Part shown: positions 19,099 through 28,875 of the stretch, one piece after another
Layout: every line of letters begins with the position of its first letter
Numbering within the stretch: position 1 is the stretch's first letter
Assembly (NCBI GenBank): GCA_965248195.1
Contig: CBDFIQ010000002.1
Span: 1,600,001 to 1,664,000 of the forward strand
Reading direction: 5' to 3'
DNA from: Longimicrobiales bacterium
GTDB taxonomy: Bacteria > Gemmatimonadota > Gemmatimonadetes > Longimicrobiales > Gaopeijiaceae
DNA: 64,000 nt
Program-made: the position numbers and the translations under genes
Notes under the pieces: generated by a model
The model's input: only the letters and a program-made list of their open reading frames with translations
Databases searched by the model: none
What the model was told of the DNA's origin: nothing

Positions 19099-22047
19099 GT
19101 GAGAGCAATTCTCTCCATGCTGGGCTTCGCCCTTCTCCTCACCGGTGGAGTCGAGGCACAACAGGCGACCCGGACCCAGCCGGTGGCGGGCATCCGGGAC
19201 AACGATACCGGTTTCCATGCCCTCGTGGGTGCTCGGGTCTTGACCTCTCCGGGGCAGGTCCTGGAGAACGCCACCATCGTGGTCCGCGACGGGCTCATCC
19301 AGAGTGTGGGACGCAACGAGCAGCCACCCGCCGGAGCCCGGGTCTGGGATCTGGCGGGCCTCACGGTCTATCCGGGCTTCATCGATGCGCACGCCGACCT
19401 GGGCATGGATTCCGTGCCCGAAGGGGGCGACGTTGGGCCCACGCACTGGAATCCCCAGGTGCGTGCCTGGTTCAGCACGACCATGAACTTCGGGGACGAC
19501 GAAGATCGCCGCTCCGCCCTTCGTTCCCAGGGGTTCGGGACCGCCTTGGTGGTTCCGAAGCAGGGCATCTTCCGGGGCACCGCCTCGGTCGTGAACCTCA
19601 CCGACGACGGGGTCCGAGACCGGATCCTCCGACCCGACCTGGTCCATTCAGTCGGCTTCCAGCGCTCGCTCCGGTTGGGAGGTGGGTACCCCAACTCCCC
19701 GATGGGTGTGGCGGCCCTCATGAAGCAGACCTTCATGGACACGGACTGGTACATGCGGGCATGGGAGGGTTATGAGGCCAGCGGGCGGGCGTTCCTCCCG
19801 CCGGAGACCAGTGCGTCCTTGGCGGCACTGGAAGACGTCGTGCTGGGCGATCAGCCGATGTTCTTCGAGACCAACAGTGAGGAGGAGTACCTGCGGGCCT
19901 ACGCGCTGGCAGCGGACTACGGGGTGACCCCCTGGTTCCGTGGGAGCGGCCAGGAATACCGCATCCTCGACGTGCTGGAGGGGCGGATCGAGCCTCTCGT
20001 CATCCCGCTCGACTTCCCCGACGCGCCCGACGTCGATAATCCGGAGCTGGCGCTGAACGCCTCGTTGGCCGAACTGCGCCACTGGTACTTGGCGCCCACC
20101 AGCCCAGGCCAACTATCCGGGGCCGGGGTCCGCTTCGCTATCACCACGGACGGGCTCTCCTCGCTGAACGAGTTTCTACCCAACCTGCGCATCGCCGTGG
20201 CCCGGGGGCTTCCCGCCGACGATGCCCTCGCGGCCCTCACCACCACACCGGCCGACTGGCTGGGCATCGATCGAACCCACGGCACCATCGAGGCGGGTAA
20301 GGTGGCCAACCTCGTCGTGAGCGAGGGCGATCTCTTCACCGAAGAGGCTACGGTCCGCGACGTCTGGGTGCATGGGAAGGCCTACGGCGTCACCCGTCCC
20401 GCGCAGGTCGACCCTCGAGGGACCTGGCGCATCGCCTCCGACGACGAGTGGGGCTTCGATGCGGAGCTCCGTCTCGAGGGCCCGCTGAACCGTTTGGGTG
20501 GTTACATCGATGTCGCCGGCGGGGAGCGGATCGCCCTGTCCTCGGCCAGCGTCGTGGCCGAGACGGGCCGGATCGAGGTGCGTTTCGATGGCGGGGACCT
20601 GGGATACGAGGGGACGGCTCTCTTGGCTGGCTCGGTCGCAGGCGATGAGTTCTACGGCTGGACCTCTCTCCCCAACGGGGCGGATCCTTCGTTCCAAGGC
20701 ACGCGCACCCAGGCGTTCGAAGGGGCTGCGCGCGGCACCGTGGCGATGAACGTTCCCGAGATCGACCTTCCCTTCATCCGCCCCATGATGGAGTACGGAC
20801 GGAGCTCCATCCCCGAGCAGCCCGCCGCGGTTGTCGTGCGCAACGCCACCGTATGGACTCAGGGTCCTCAAGGACGATTGGAAAACGCCGACCTCCTGGT
20901 GCGGGCTGGACAGGTGGCGCTGGTGGGTATCGATCTCGATGCCCCCTCAGGTGCGGTGGAGATCGACGCCACGGGCAAGCACGTGACCCCTGGACTGATC
21001 GACCCCCACATCCATTCGGGAGTCAGCGGGGTGAACGAGAGCGGCTTCGCCATCGTCCCCGAGGTGCAGATGGCGGACGTGGTGACGCACAACAACATCT
21101 GGATGTACCGTCAACTCGCCGGCGGACTGACGACGGCTCACGTGAAGCACGGTTCCGCCAACCCCATCGGGGGCGAGAACGTGTTCGTGAAGATGCGGTG
21201 GGGTTCCCTGCCGGAGGACCTGAAGCTCGACAACGCGCCTCGGACGGTGAAGTTCGCACTGGGCGAGAACCCGAAGCGTCGTCAGGGGCGCTACCCCGAC
21301 ACCCGCATGGGAACTCAGGAGATCATCCGCGACCACTTCATGGCCGCTCGGGACTACGAGCGCGAGTGGCAGCGGTGGGAGGCCAGCGGCGAGGGCATTC
21401 CACCCCGCCGTGACCTTCGGATGGAGTCGATTCTCGACATCCTGAACCAGGAGTTGCTCATCTCGTCGCACGGATACCGCGCCGACGAGTTCCTGGCGCT
21501 GATCCGCCTGGCGGAGGAGTTCGGGTTCCGGGTGCAGACGCTGCAGCACGCGGTCGAGGCCTACAAGATCGCCCCCGAGTTGGCTGCCGCGGGCGTGGCC
21601 GCCGCGGTGTGGAGCGACTGGGGCGGATTCAAACTCGAGGCGTACGACGCGACCGTGTACAACGCTCGCATCCTCATGGAGGCTGGCGTGGTGACGTCGC
21701 TGCACTCCGACAACAGCGAGATCGCCAGCCGCATGAACTGGGAGGCGGGCAAGTTGCTGCGCACCGGACTCACGGAAGAGCAGGCGCTTTCGACGGTGAC
21801 CAACCAGTCGGCCCAGGCCGTGGCCATCGACGACCAGGTCGGCTCTCTGGAGCCGGGTAAGGACGGCGACTTCGTCATCTGGAGCGGCAACCCGCTCTCG
21901 CAGTTCACTCGAGCGGAGCAGACCTGGATCGATGGCCGGCGTTACTTCTCGTTGGAGGAGGACGCGGCCCAACGTGAGGAGATCGAACGGGAGCGGACCC
22001 GACTCATCCAGGCCGTTCTCTCGGTCGAGGGGAGGAATGGACCATGA
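19099..22047 (+). CDS. Secreted double-domain amidohydrolase family protein
   Basis: Signal peptide, YPGFIDAH, GTIEAGKVANLVV, second domain PGLIDPHIH, KFALGENPK, SLHSD, GSLEPGKDGDFVIW; GTG start at 19099. Confidence 0.9.
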   Translation: MRAILSMLGFALLLTGGVEAQQATRTQPVAGIRDNDTGFHALVGARVLTSPGQVLENATIVVRDGLIQSVGRNEQPPAGARVWDLAGLTVYPGFIDAHADLGMDSVPEGGDVGPTHWNPQVRAWFSTTMNFGDDEDRRSALRSQGFGTALVVPKQGIFRGTASVVNLTDDGVRDRILRPDLVHSVGFQRSLRLGGGYPNSPMGVAALMKQTFMDTDWYMRAWEGYEASGRAFLPPETSASLAALEDVVLGDQPMFFETNSEEEYLRAYALAADYGVTPWFRGSGQEYRILDVLEGRIEPLVIPLDFPDAPDVDNPELALNASLAELRHWYLAPTSPGQLSGAGVRFAITTDGLSSLNEFLPNLRIAVARGLPADDALAALTTTPADWLGIDRTHGTIEAGKVANLVVSEGDLFTEEATVRDVWVHGKAYGVTRPAQVDPRGTWRIASDDEWGFDAELRLEGPLNRLGGYIDVAGGERIALSSASVVAETGRIEVRFDGGDLGYEGTALLAGSVAGDEFYGWTSLPNGADPSFQGTRTQAFEGAARGTVAMNVPEIDLPFIRPMMEYGRSSIPEQPAAVVVRNATVWTQGPQGRLENADLLVRAGQVALVGIDLDAPSGAVEIDATGKHVTPGLIDPHIHSGVSGVNESGFAIVPEVQMADVVTHNNIWMYRQLAGGLTTAHVKHGSANPIGGENVFVKMRWGSLPEDLKLDNAPRTVKFALGENPKRRQGRYPDTRMGTQEIIRDHFMAARDYEREWQRWEASGEGIPPRRDLRMESILDILNQELLISSHGYRADEFLALIRLAEEFGFRVQTLQHAVEAYKIAPELAAAGVAAAVWSDWGGFKLEAYDATVYNARILMEAGVVTSLHSDNSEIASRMNWEAGKLLRTGLTEEQALSTVTNQSAQAVAIDDQVGSLEPGKDGDFVIWSGNPLSQFTRAEQTWIDGRRYFSLEEDAAQREEIERERTRLIQAVLSVEGRNGP

Positions 22048-23426
22048 ACACCATCGAGCGAGGAGCCATGACGGGAGTTCTGTCCCGGGCCGGTTCCCTG
22101 ACCACCCTAGCGGTGATATCGGCCGTCGCTGCACCGTTGTTGCCCTCGGACGCCACAGCACAGGTGCGGATGACGGTCCGGCCCCAATCTGAGCCCATCG
22201 CGCTTCAAGGGGCCACCATCCACACCGTGACGAACGGGGTCATCGAGAACGGTACCATCCTCTTCGACAACGGGGTGATTACCGCGATCGGGACCGACGT
22301 GCGGCTCCCCGCCGGGACGCGGGTGGTGGACGCCTCGGGTAAACACATCTATCCCGGCCTCATCGACGCCTACAGCACCGTGGGGATCAGTGAGATCGGT
22401 TCGGTCGGCGTCTCCAACGACACGAACGAACTGGGCGACTTCAATCCGAACGTTCGAGCGGAGGTCGCGGTCAACGCCGAAAGCCGCCACATCGGCACCA
22501 CACGCTCTGCCGGGGTGCTCGTGAGCTTGACCACCCCCGGGGGTGGCCTCATCTCCGGCATGTCGTCGGCTCTCAATCTCGAGGGCTGGACTTGGGAGGA
22601 GATGTCGTTGGAGTCGGCCGCGGCCCTCAACGTGAACTGGCCCGACCCCAACCCTCGCCGCTCGGGAGGCCGGGGGGTTGGTGCGCGTGGAGGCCCGCCG
22701 CGGGGAGACCCTCCCACCTATGAGGAGCGGGTCCAGGAACTCAAGGACTTCTTCGCGGAAGCACGAGCCTACCGCGACGCCGTCGCCGCGGGTGAGCAAG
22801 TTCGGAGCGACTCCCGCTACGCCGCCATGATCCCAGCGCTGAACGGGGAGATCCCGGTCGTGGTGGCCGCGGACGGGGCGGCCCAGATCAACGACGCGGT
22901 CACCTGGGGCCAGGGGGAAGGACTCCGGATCGTGATCCGTGGAGGACGCGATGCCATTCATGTGGCGGACCGGCTGGTGGCCGAGAACATCCCCGTGATC
23001 CTCACGTCCACCATGGCCGCTCCGGGTCGGGACTACGAGGGGTACGACGGCGCCTATACGATGCCGGCCCGGCTGTATGAGGCGGGCGTGAAATTCGCAA
23101 TCTCAGGCGGCGCGGGTGCTCTCTATACGAACCGTTTGCCTTGGGAGGCGGGGGTGGCCGTGGCCTTCGGGCTTCCGGAGGAGGAAGCCGTCAAGGCAGT
23201 GACCATCAACGCCGCCGAGTTCATGGGTCTGGACGACCGGATCGGTTCGCTGGAAACCGGCAAGCACGCGACGCTCCTCATCACTACGGGGAACCCGCTG
23301 GACATGACTACCAACATCGAGCAGGCCTACATCCAGGGCCGCGAGCTCGACATGAATGACATCCAGAAGCATTTCTTCGAGAAGTACATGGTCAAGGTCA
23401 GGCAGTTCTTGCCGATAGTGTTTTAA
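22044..23426 (+). CDS. Amidohydrolase family protein (partner subunit)
   Basis: HIYPGLID, RIGSLETGKHATL; ATGA overlap with the upstream gene. Confidence 0.85.
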   Translation: MNTIERGAMTGVLSRAGSLTTLAVISAVAAPLLPSDATAQVRMTVRPQSEPIALQGATIHTVTNGVIENGTILFDNGVITAIGTDVRLPAGTRVVDASGKHIYPGLIDAYSTVGISEIGSVGVSNDTNELGDFNPNVRAEVAVNAESRHIGTTRSAGVLVSLTTPGGGLISGMSSALNLEGWTWEEMSLESAAALNVNWPDPNPRRSGGRGVGARGGPPRGDPPTYEERVQELKDFFAEARAYRDAVAAGEQVRSDSRYAAMIPALNGEIPVVVAADGAAQINDAVTWGQGEGLRIVIRGGRDAIHVADRLVAENIPVILTSTMAAPGRDYEGYDGAYTMPARLYEAGVKFAISGGAGALYTNRLPWEAGVAVAFGLPEEEAVKAVTINAAEFMGLDDRIGSLETGKHATLLITTGNPLDMTTNIEQAYIQGRELDMNDIQKHFFEKYMVKVRQFLPIVF

Positions 23427-23477
23427 GTGGGTCGTCCATGGCCCGGCCAACTCGCACGACAGGAGGCACTCGTGGGC

Positions 23478-24185
23478 CTACGCCACCTTCGTCCCCACGA
23501 TCACGCTCATCGGCCCTTCGCGCCACACGCACCTGGCCTGGAAGCCGGCCCCGGTGAGTGCGGCCAGCTCATCTTCGAGCGGCATGTATGTGTCCTCCGC
23601 CGACCAATCCTCGAAGTGCCTCCAGGCCTCGGCTTCCTCGATGCCGTGGACCGCCATGTGGTCCACCCACATGCCGTATAACTCGTCCCTCTCCTCGGGA
23701 TCCGCCGGCATGGTAGAGTCGGCGTTCACGAAGACGCCTCCACGCCGTAGCGCCTCGAACGCGCGGCCGTAGAGGGCCCGCTTCGCATCCATTGTGGGGA
23801 TGTGATGCAGTGACAGCGACGCCGCCATGGCATCGCACGAGGGGAAGGGATCATCGAACGAGCGAAGCCGAAACTGAGCGCGATACGCGAAGGGGGCGAG
23901 CCGGGAGCGCGCCTTCTCGAGCATCTCCGGATCCACGTCGAGTAGTTCCACCGAACGGATGTCACGGTGTCCGAGGAGCGCGGCGGACAGCGCGCCGGTC
24001 CCCGCGCCGAGGTCGAGCACCAGGCTGGGACCGATCGCCGCGACGGCGGCCGCGGCCTCGGAGAGCATGGGCTCGTAGCCAGGGATGAAGCGGCGGATCG
24101 CCTCGTCATAGGCGTCGATGTCGACACGCAGATGTTGTCGGACGCTGTGGGGCATGATGTGAGACTTCTGCTTGAAGTGGGTCAC
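23478..24185 (-). CDS. Class I SAM-dependent methyltransferase
   Basis: VLDLGAGTG, DVDPEML, SLSLHHI, LRRGGVFVNAD. Confidence 0.85.
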   Translation of the reverse strand: MTHFKQKSHIMPHSVRQHLRVDIDAYDEAIRRFIPGYEPMLSEAAAAVAAIGPSLVLDLGAGTGALSAALLGHRDIRSVELLDVDPEMLEKARSRLAPFAYRAQFRLRSFDDPFPSCDAMAASLSLHHIPTMDAKRALYGRAFEALRRGGVFVNADSTMPADPEERDELYGMWVDHMAVHGIEEAEAWRHFEDWSAEDTYMPLEDELAALTGAGFQARCVWREGPMSVIVGTKVA

Positions 24186-24297
24186 GTCAACCGGTCCACC
24201 CCATCCCGTGCAGAAAGAAGTGGCTGATTCGCGTACAGATCAGCAAGCCAATAACGCGCCTTTAAGCCACGAAGGCGCTTGAGGCAGTTGCCGCACT

Positions 24298-24363
24298 GCT
24301 CGCGCGCTTCGCTTGGGGTCACCACATTAGCCGCGCAGTAGAATCGCAAATCCGTTAGGCGGC
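24298..24363 (+). repeat. Second attC-like half-site (right arm), copy of 15105-15170
   Basis: 57/66 nt identical to 15105-15170, ending GTTAGGCGGC; no matching left arm nearby. Confidence 0.75.
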
Positions 24364-24452
24364 GCTAAGACTCAGAGCCCCCAGGTTCGTCGATCTGACG
24401 GAGCCTGCGGCTGCGATGCCTTTGGACGGGCAATGGAGGAAACCTACACGTC

Positions 24453-25667
24453 GTGATTTCGGATCCCCTTGCGGTCTTCCTGGTCCTTGCCGTCATCGTC
24501 CTGGTCGCGCTGAGCCTCGAGGCAAGTTTCCCGCTTTTCCGGGCCCTCGGTGCCGCCCTGGTGGGGATCCTCATAGGTATGCTGCTGTCCAATACCGGCG
24601 TGCTTCCTGGGGAGTCGGCGGCTTACGAGCTCCTCATGGGCCCCGGGGTGAGCATTGGCGTCGTGCTCATTCTGCTGAGCGTCGACATGGGGTCCGTCCG
24701 CAAGGCGGGCCCCAAGATGCTCGCCGCGTTCGGAATCGGAACGCTGGGCACGGCGATCGGCGCCCTGGTCGGCGGGCTGAGCTTGGCTGGCATGATCGGT
24801 CCGGACACCTGGAAGCTCACGGGGCAGTTCACGGGTACGTACACCGGGGGTGGCCTCAACTTCGCGGCTCTGGCACAGGCGTTCGAGACCCCCAGCGACC
24901 TGTTCACGGCGGCCGTGGCAGCCGACGTCATCGTGACGGCCGTATGGATGATGACGTGTCTGGTGGTGCCGCTTCTGTTCTCGAGGAGGGGGGTGGATAC
25001 TGGGGCTGCCGTCGGGGCGGATGCTCCGGCTGCGGGCGGCGCCGAAGGCTCCGTGATGGAGCGCGAACCAGGCGCCTCGTCCGCGTCGGGCAGCGCCGCC
25101 GGATCGCCTTCGCTCGCGCACGGTCTCTACAGCTCGGGCAAACCGGTGCCGATCGCCCACACCGCCGCTCTCGTGGTCATCGCCGTCGGTGCGGTGTGGC
25201 TTGCCGGAGTCATCGCCGACGCGGTTCCGGTCCTGCCGGAAATCCTGTGGCTCACAACCCTGGCTCTGATCGTCGCACAGATCCCGGCCGTGAAGTTGCT
25301 GTCGGGAGGCGCCATGTGGGGCAACTATCTGATCCTCCTCTTCCTGGCCAGCAATGGCGCTCGTTCGGTGGTGGCCAACATCGTGGAGGTCGGTCCGGGC
25401 GTCTTCTACTTCGCCGTCATAACGGTGTCGATCCACGGGCTCGTCATCTTCGGGCTCGGGAGGGCCGCCGGCATCGACGCCCCGACGCTCGCAGTGGCCT
25501 CCCAGGCGAACATCGGGGGCCCCGCGTCGGCCATGGCCCTCGCCAGCGCGAGAGGGTACACGGATCGCCTGCTCCCCGGAGTCGCGGTGGGCCTGCTTGG
25601 ATACGCGGCGGGCAACTACGCGGGCTTCGCCGTAGCGGCTCTAGCCCGGGTGCTGCTCGGGGTCTAG
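24453..25667 (+). CDS. DUF819-family membrane protein
   Basis: About 10 TM segments, GTYTGGGLNFAA, VASQANIGGPASA, GYAAGNY. Confidence 0.85.
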   Translation: MISDPLAVFLVLAVIVLVALSLEASFPLFRALGAALVGILIGMLLSNTGVLPGESAAYELLMGPGVSIGVVLILLSVDMGSVRKAGPKMLAAFGIGTLGTAIGALVGGLSLAGMIGPDTWKLTGQFTGTYTGGGLNFAALAQAFETPSDLFTAAVAADVIVTAVWMMTCLVVPLLFSRRGVDTGAAVGADAPAAGGAEGSVMEREPGASSASGSAAGSPSLAHGLYSSGKPVPIAHTAALVVIAVGAVWLAGVIADAVPVLPEILWLTTLALIVAQIPAVKLLSGGAMWGNYLILLFLASNGARSVVANIVEVGPGVFYFAVITVSIHGLVIFGLGRAAGIDAPTLAVASQANIGGPASAMALASARGYTDRLLPGVAVGLLGYAAGNYAGFAVAALARVLLGV

Positions 25668-25675
25668 CCGCAGCC

Positions 25676-26125
25676 TCAGCGGCCCCTCCTCGTCGTCACT
25701 TCTATGACCCCGCCAGCATAGCCGGTGTCGTATTTGGTGGTGGCGTCGGAGGCGGAGAGGTACCGCATGGTTTCGATGTTTTCAGTGCTCATTTGGTCGA
25801 GGTAAGTGAGCACGCGACGGACCGTTCCATCGACCACGACTCGCGCATACGAGGGTCCATAGTTGACACTGACGCTTCGGGATCGGAGCCAGCGCGGGTT
25901 TAGGATCTCGACCGCCCGCCAGGCGCTCTGGCCCGCGAATCGTTCGAGCTGGGCTCGGACGATGAGACGCGAGTTCCCTTGGGAGGCCGCGGCGGAAGTT
26001 TCGAATTCCCGTCCGAAGGGCGTGTCTTGTGACGAAGCACAGGCGGAGACGACGAGGGCTAGGACGACGGATGCGCAACGGCGGAAAGAGATGGTGGCCC
26101 CCCACTTCTCTGGTGTGACTTCCAA
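25676..26125 (-). CDS. Small lipoprotein with TonB-receptor plug-like fold
   Basis: VSAC lipobox, PRWLRSR, IETMRYLSASDATTKY...GGVIEVTTR; start uncertain. Confidence 0.6.
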   Translation of the reverse strand: MEVTPEKWGATISFRRCASVVLALVVSACASSQDTPFGREFETSAAASQGNSRLIVRAQLERFAGQSAWRAVEILNPRWLRSRSVSVNYGPSYARVVVDGTVRRVLTYLDQMSTENIETMRYLSASDATTKYDTGYAGGVIEVTTRRGR

Positions 26126-26183
26126 ACCCTACTTTCATAACGGTTCTCGGATTCGGCCTTGTCAAGTACCTGCGGTGTCCACC

Positions 26184-27559
26184 GGTAGTGTCCCTAGATT
26201 TGTGTAAAAGCGGATAAGCTGGACAGGAGGGAAAGAAAAACGGAAGCTCCTCTGTTGTTGTTCACTGTCACATGAACCCGGGAGTCCGGGTCTGCAGAGC
26301 AGGCTCGGAACCGGAGAGGAGCTTCCGATGCAAGAGATTGTGGAGATCGGTCGGGCCACGCAAGACGAGCTACGCGATGATTTGCGCGAGCTGTTTCAAG
26401 GCGCGATCCGGCTGACGCTCGAGATGGTGCTGGAAGAGGAGCTGAAGGCCATGGTAGGTGCACGCCGCTTCGAGCGGGTGGGAAGCCGGAAGGACCATAG
26501 GAACGGCACATACCTGAGGCGGCTGCTGACGAGCCTGGGGCAGATCGAGGTCGCCATGCCCCGGAGCCGGGACAACGGTTCGCCGGCCGACGTGATCGGC
26601 CGCTACCAGCGCAGGAGCCCCGAGCTCGACGAGATGATGGTCGAGGCGTATGTGAGCGGCGTGTCACAGCGCAAGATGGGCGACGTCACCGAGGCGCTGA
26701 TGGGCGAGCGTGTTGGGCGCTCGACGGTGAGTCGTGTGGCAAAACGGCTCGACGAGGCCGTGGAAGGGCTGCGCCGTGCGCCGATCGAGGGGCCTCACCC
26801 CTATCTGTACCTGGACGCCACGTTCTTGGACGCCCGCTGGGCCCGCAAAGTCGAGAACGTGAGTGCGCTCGTGGCGTATGCAGTGGGCCCTGAGGGTCAC
26901 CGACGGCTCCTGGCCGTCACACTGGGCGCTGAGGAGTCGCAGCAGAGCTGGTCGGAGCTCCTCGAGCAACTCCAGGACCGCGGCCTCGGCGGTGTCGAGC
27001 TCGTGATCGCCGATGAGCACGCAGGCCTGGCAGCTGCGGTCCGCCGCTTCCTGCCCGAGGCACGCCGTCAGAGGTGTACGGTCCATCTGCAGCGTAATGT
27101 GGGGGCGAGGGTCCCCCACCGCCTACGCAAGCGCGTGGCGCGTGAGGTCTCGGTGATCTTCCAGACATCCGGACTCGCCGAGGCGAAGAAGCTCCTGGGC
27201 GAGTTCGGCGCACGCTGGAAGAAGGAGCTGCCCGAGGCCGTGGAGGTCCTGGAGCGGGGCTTCGGGGCAGCGACGCAGTTCTACGCGTTCCCCGAGGCGC
27301 ACTGGCCCCGGCTGCGTACCACCAACAGCCTCGAGCGGCTGCACGGCGAGATCAAACGCAGGATCAAGGCCGCCGGCGCCTTCCCGGACCGGGCCAGCGC
27401 CCTCAGGCTCATCACGGCCGTCGCACTCAGGACCACACACGTCTGGGGCGACCGGCGTTACCTCGACCTCTCACTCCTCCAGAAACAGGAGGTCGCCCAA
27501 GCAGCCTAGCCGAAGGCGAGGAGCTTCCTCCGCTTTTACACACAAATCGGGACTTGACC
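26184..27559 (+). mobile_element. IS256-family insertion sequence (1376 bp)
   Basis: IRs GGTAGTGTCCCTAGATTTGTGTAAAAGCGGA / revcomp GGTCAAGTCCCGATTTGTGTGTAAAAGCGGA; imperfect 9-bp flanks GTGTCCACC / GTGTCCGAC. Confidence 0.9.
26328..27509 (+). CDS. IS256-family (Mutator-type) transposase
   Basis: RNGTYLRRL, YLYLDAT, VIADEHAGL, QRCTVH, LRTTNSLERLHGEIKRR. Confidence 0.95.
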   Translation: MQEIVEIGRATQDELRDDLRELFQGAIRLTLEMVLEEELKAMVGARRFERVGSRKDHRNGTYLRRLLTSLGQIEVAMPRSRDNGSPADVIGRYQRRSPELDEMMVEAYVSGVSQRKMGDVTEALMGERVGRSTVSRVAKRLDEAVEGLRRAPIEGPHPYLYLDATFLDARWARKVENVSALVAYAVGPEGHRRLLAVTLGAEESQQSWSELLEQLQDRGLGGVELVIADEHAGLAAAVRRFLPEARRQRCTVHLQRNVGARVPHRLRKRVAREVSVIFQTSGLAEAKKLLGEFGARWKKELPEAVEVLERGFGAATQFYAFPEAHWPRLRTTNSLERLHGEIKRRIKAAGAFPDRASALRLITAVALRTTHVWGDRRYLDLSLLQKQEVAQAA

Positions 27560-27745
27560 GTGTCCGACTCCGTCGAGAACGGGTAGAATCCCGACGGTAT
27601 TCCCCAGCTTTGTGGCGAACTGGGGGACTAACGGCCTTCCAGCAGTCGATGCCCCCGTGAGTGGTACGCACAGATTGCGGCTCTGAGCGCCCGGCCATAC
27701 GTTACTGCGACCGCCGCCTATAACCTTACAGATGGAGGTGAAGGA

Positions 27746-28234
27746 ATGGCTTTCGGGAAAGTCACGAAGTTGGGAGTAGGAGCCGCAGCGCTTACCCTTA
27801 TCGGGATCGCGGGTATCGGGTTCGCTCCTGCGCCGACTCAGCTTCCGACCGTCACGGTGCACCTCAGCCCTACCTGAGGATGCTGCAGCCAGTGGGTGGG
27901 TCACCTACGAGACAACGGTTTTGAAGTAGCACTCTTCGAGGTCGATGACATCGCGGCACACCAAGAGGAGCACGGAGTCCCTGCCGAGTTCAGAGGGTGT
28001 CACTCGGCCCAGGTGGGAGGCTACATGGTCGAGGGCCACGTTCCCGCGGATTTGCTCAAGCGCTTCTTGGAGGAGCATTCGAGCATGGCAGGCATCACCG
28101 TGCCCGGCATGATCATGGGTCCACCAGGGATGGAAGGGTCGGTGTCGGTGCCCTATGCCGTTCTGACGTTCGACCGGGAAGGCAAGAGCACGATCTACGA
28201 GTCGCGACGTTCTGAAGTTCGAGTAGGAAGGTAA
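27746..28234 (+). CDS. Exported DUF411/CopG-type metal-binding protein, candidate selenoprotein (UGA 27875-27877, residue 44), 162 aa
   Basis: ATG 27746 after GGAGGTG. MAFGKVTKLGVGAAALTLIGIAGIGFAPAPTQLPTVTVHLSPT-UGA-GCCSQWVGHLRDNGF...GCHSAQVGGYMVEGHVPA...VPGMIMGPPGME is in frame with ORF 27896..28234. Confidence 0.85.
27892..27908 (+). promoter_or_regulatory. SECIS-like hairpin of the DUF411 gene
   Basis: GTGGGTG-GGT-CACCTAC 7-bp stem starting 14 nt after the UGA; apical GGTC as in the fdh element. Confidence 0.7.
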
Positions 28235-28398
28235 TAGCACGATCTGCGAGTCGCGCTGACGGCTCAGCTTAGGCTTCAGGTAACCCCGCTCGAGGCTCCG
28301 GCCCCGGGCGGGGCTTCTGTTGTCGCCTCAGGCCCCCGACGCGTCCGGTCGCAACGCAGGCTTGGCCTGCCTATCGCTCTGACACTAGGACGGGATCT

Positions 28399-28866
28399 AT
28401 GTCGAAGGTTGTTCCGAAGCGTGTGACGGCTGAGATCGAGGGTGACTTCGTCGTCTTCCTTATCGGGATGCGAATCAACAAGCTCTGGAAGGTCCACAAG
28501 TGGCTCCCCGTCTTCCGAGCCATGCCCAGAATGATCCGCGAGCTCGAGCAGCGTCCTGAATCAGGGTTCCTCGGACACATCATGAGCCTTGGCGTGATCG
28601 TGCAGTATTGGCGGTCCTTTGACGACTTGGAGACATACGCCCGGAACGCCGACCAACTGCACTGGCCCGCCTGGGTCGACTTCAACAAGCGCATCGGCGG
28701 GAGTCGTGGCGACGTGGGTATCTGGCACGAGACGTACCGAGTCCGCGCTGGAGAGTACGAGTGCGTGTACAGCGGAATGCCACCCCTTGGTCTGGCGAAA
28801 GCGACCGCGACCACGGACGCCGTGGGCGAACTCGAGTCAGCACGGGGTCGGATCGAGCGTAACTGA
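28399..28866 (+). CDS. DUF4188-family protein
   Basis: [49 protein letters not shown]. Confidence 0.85.
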   Translation: MSKVVPKRVTAEIEGDFVVFLIGMRINKLWKVHKWLPVFRAMPRMIRELEQRPESGFLGHIMSLGVIVQYWRSFDDLETYARNADQLHWPAWVDFNKRIGGSRGDVGIWHETYRVRAGEYECVYSGMPPLGLAKATATTDAVGELESARGRIERN

Positions 28867-28875
28867 GACGCTGAC

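Noticed and set aside
27554..27589. Hybrid promoter from the IS256 end (TTGACC) and TAGAAT driving the DUF411 gene
   Set aside because: The spacer is 24 nt, too long for sigma70.
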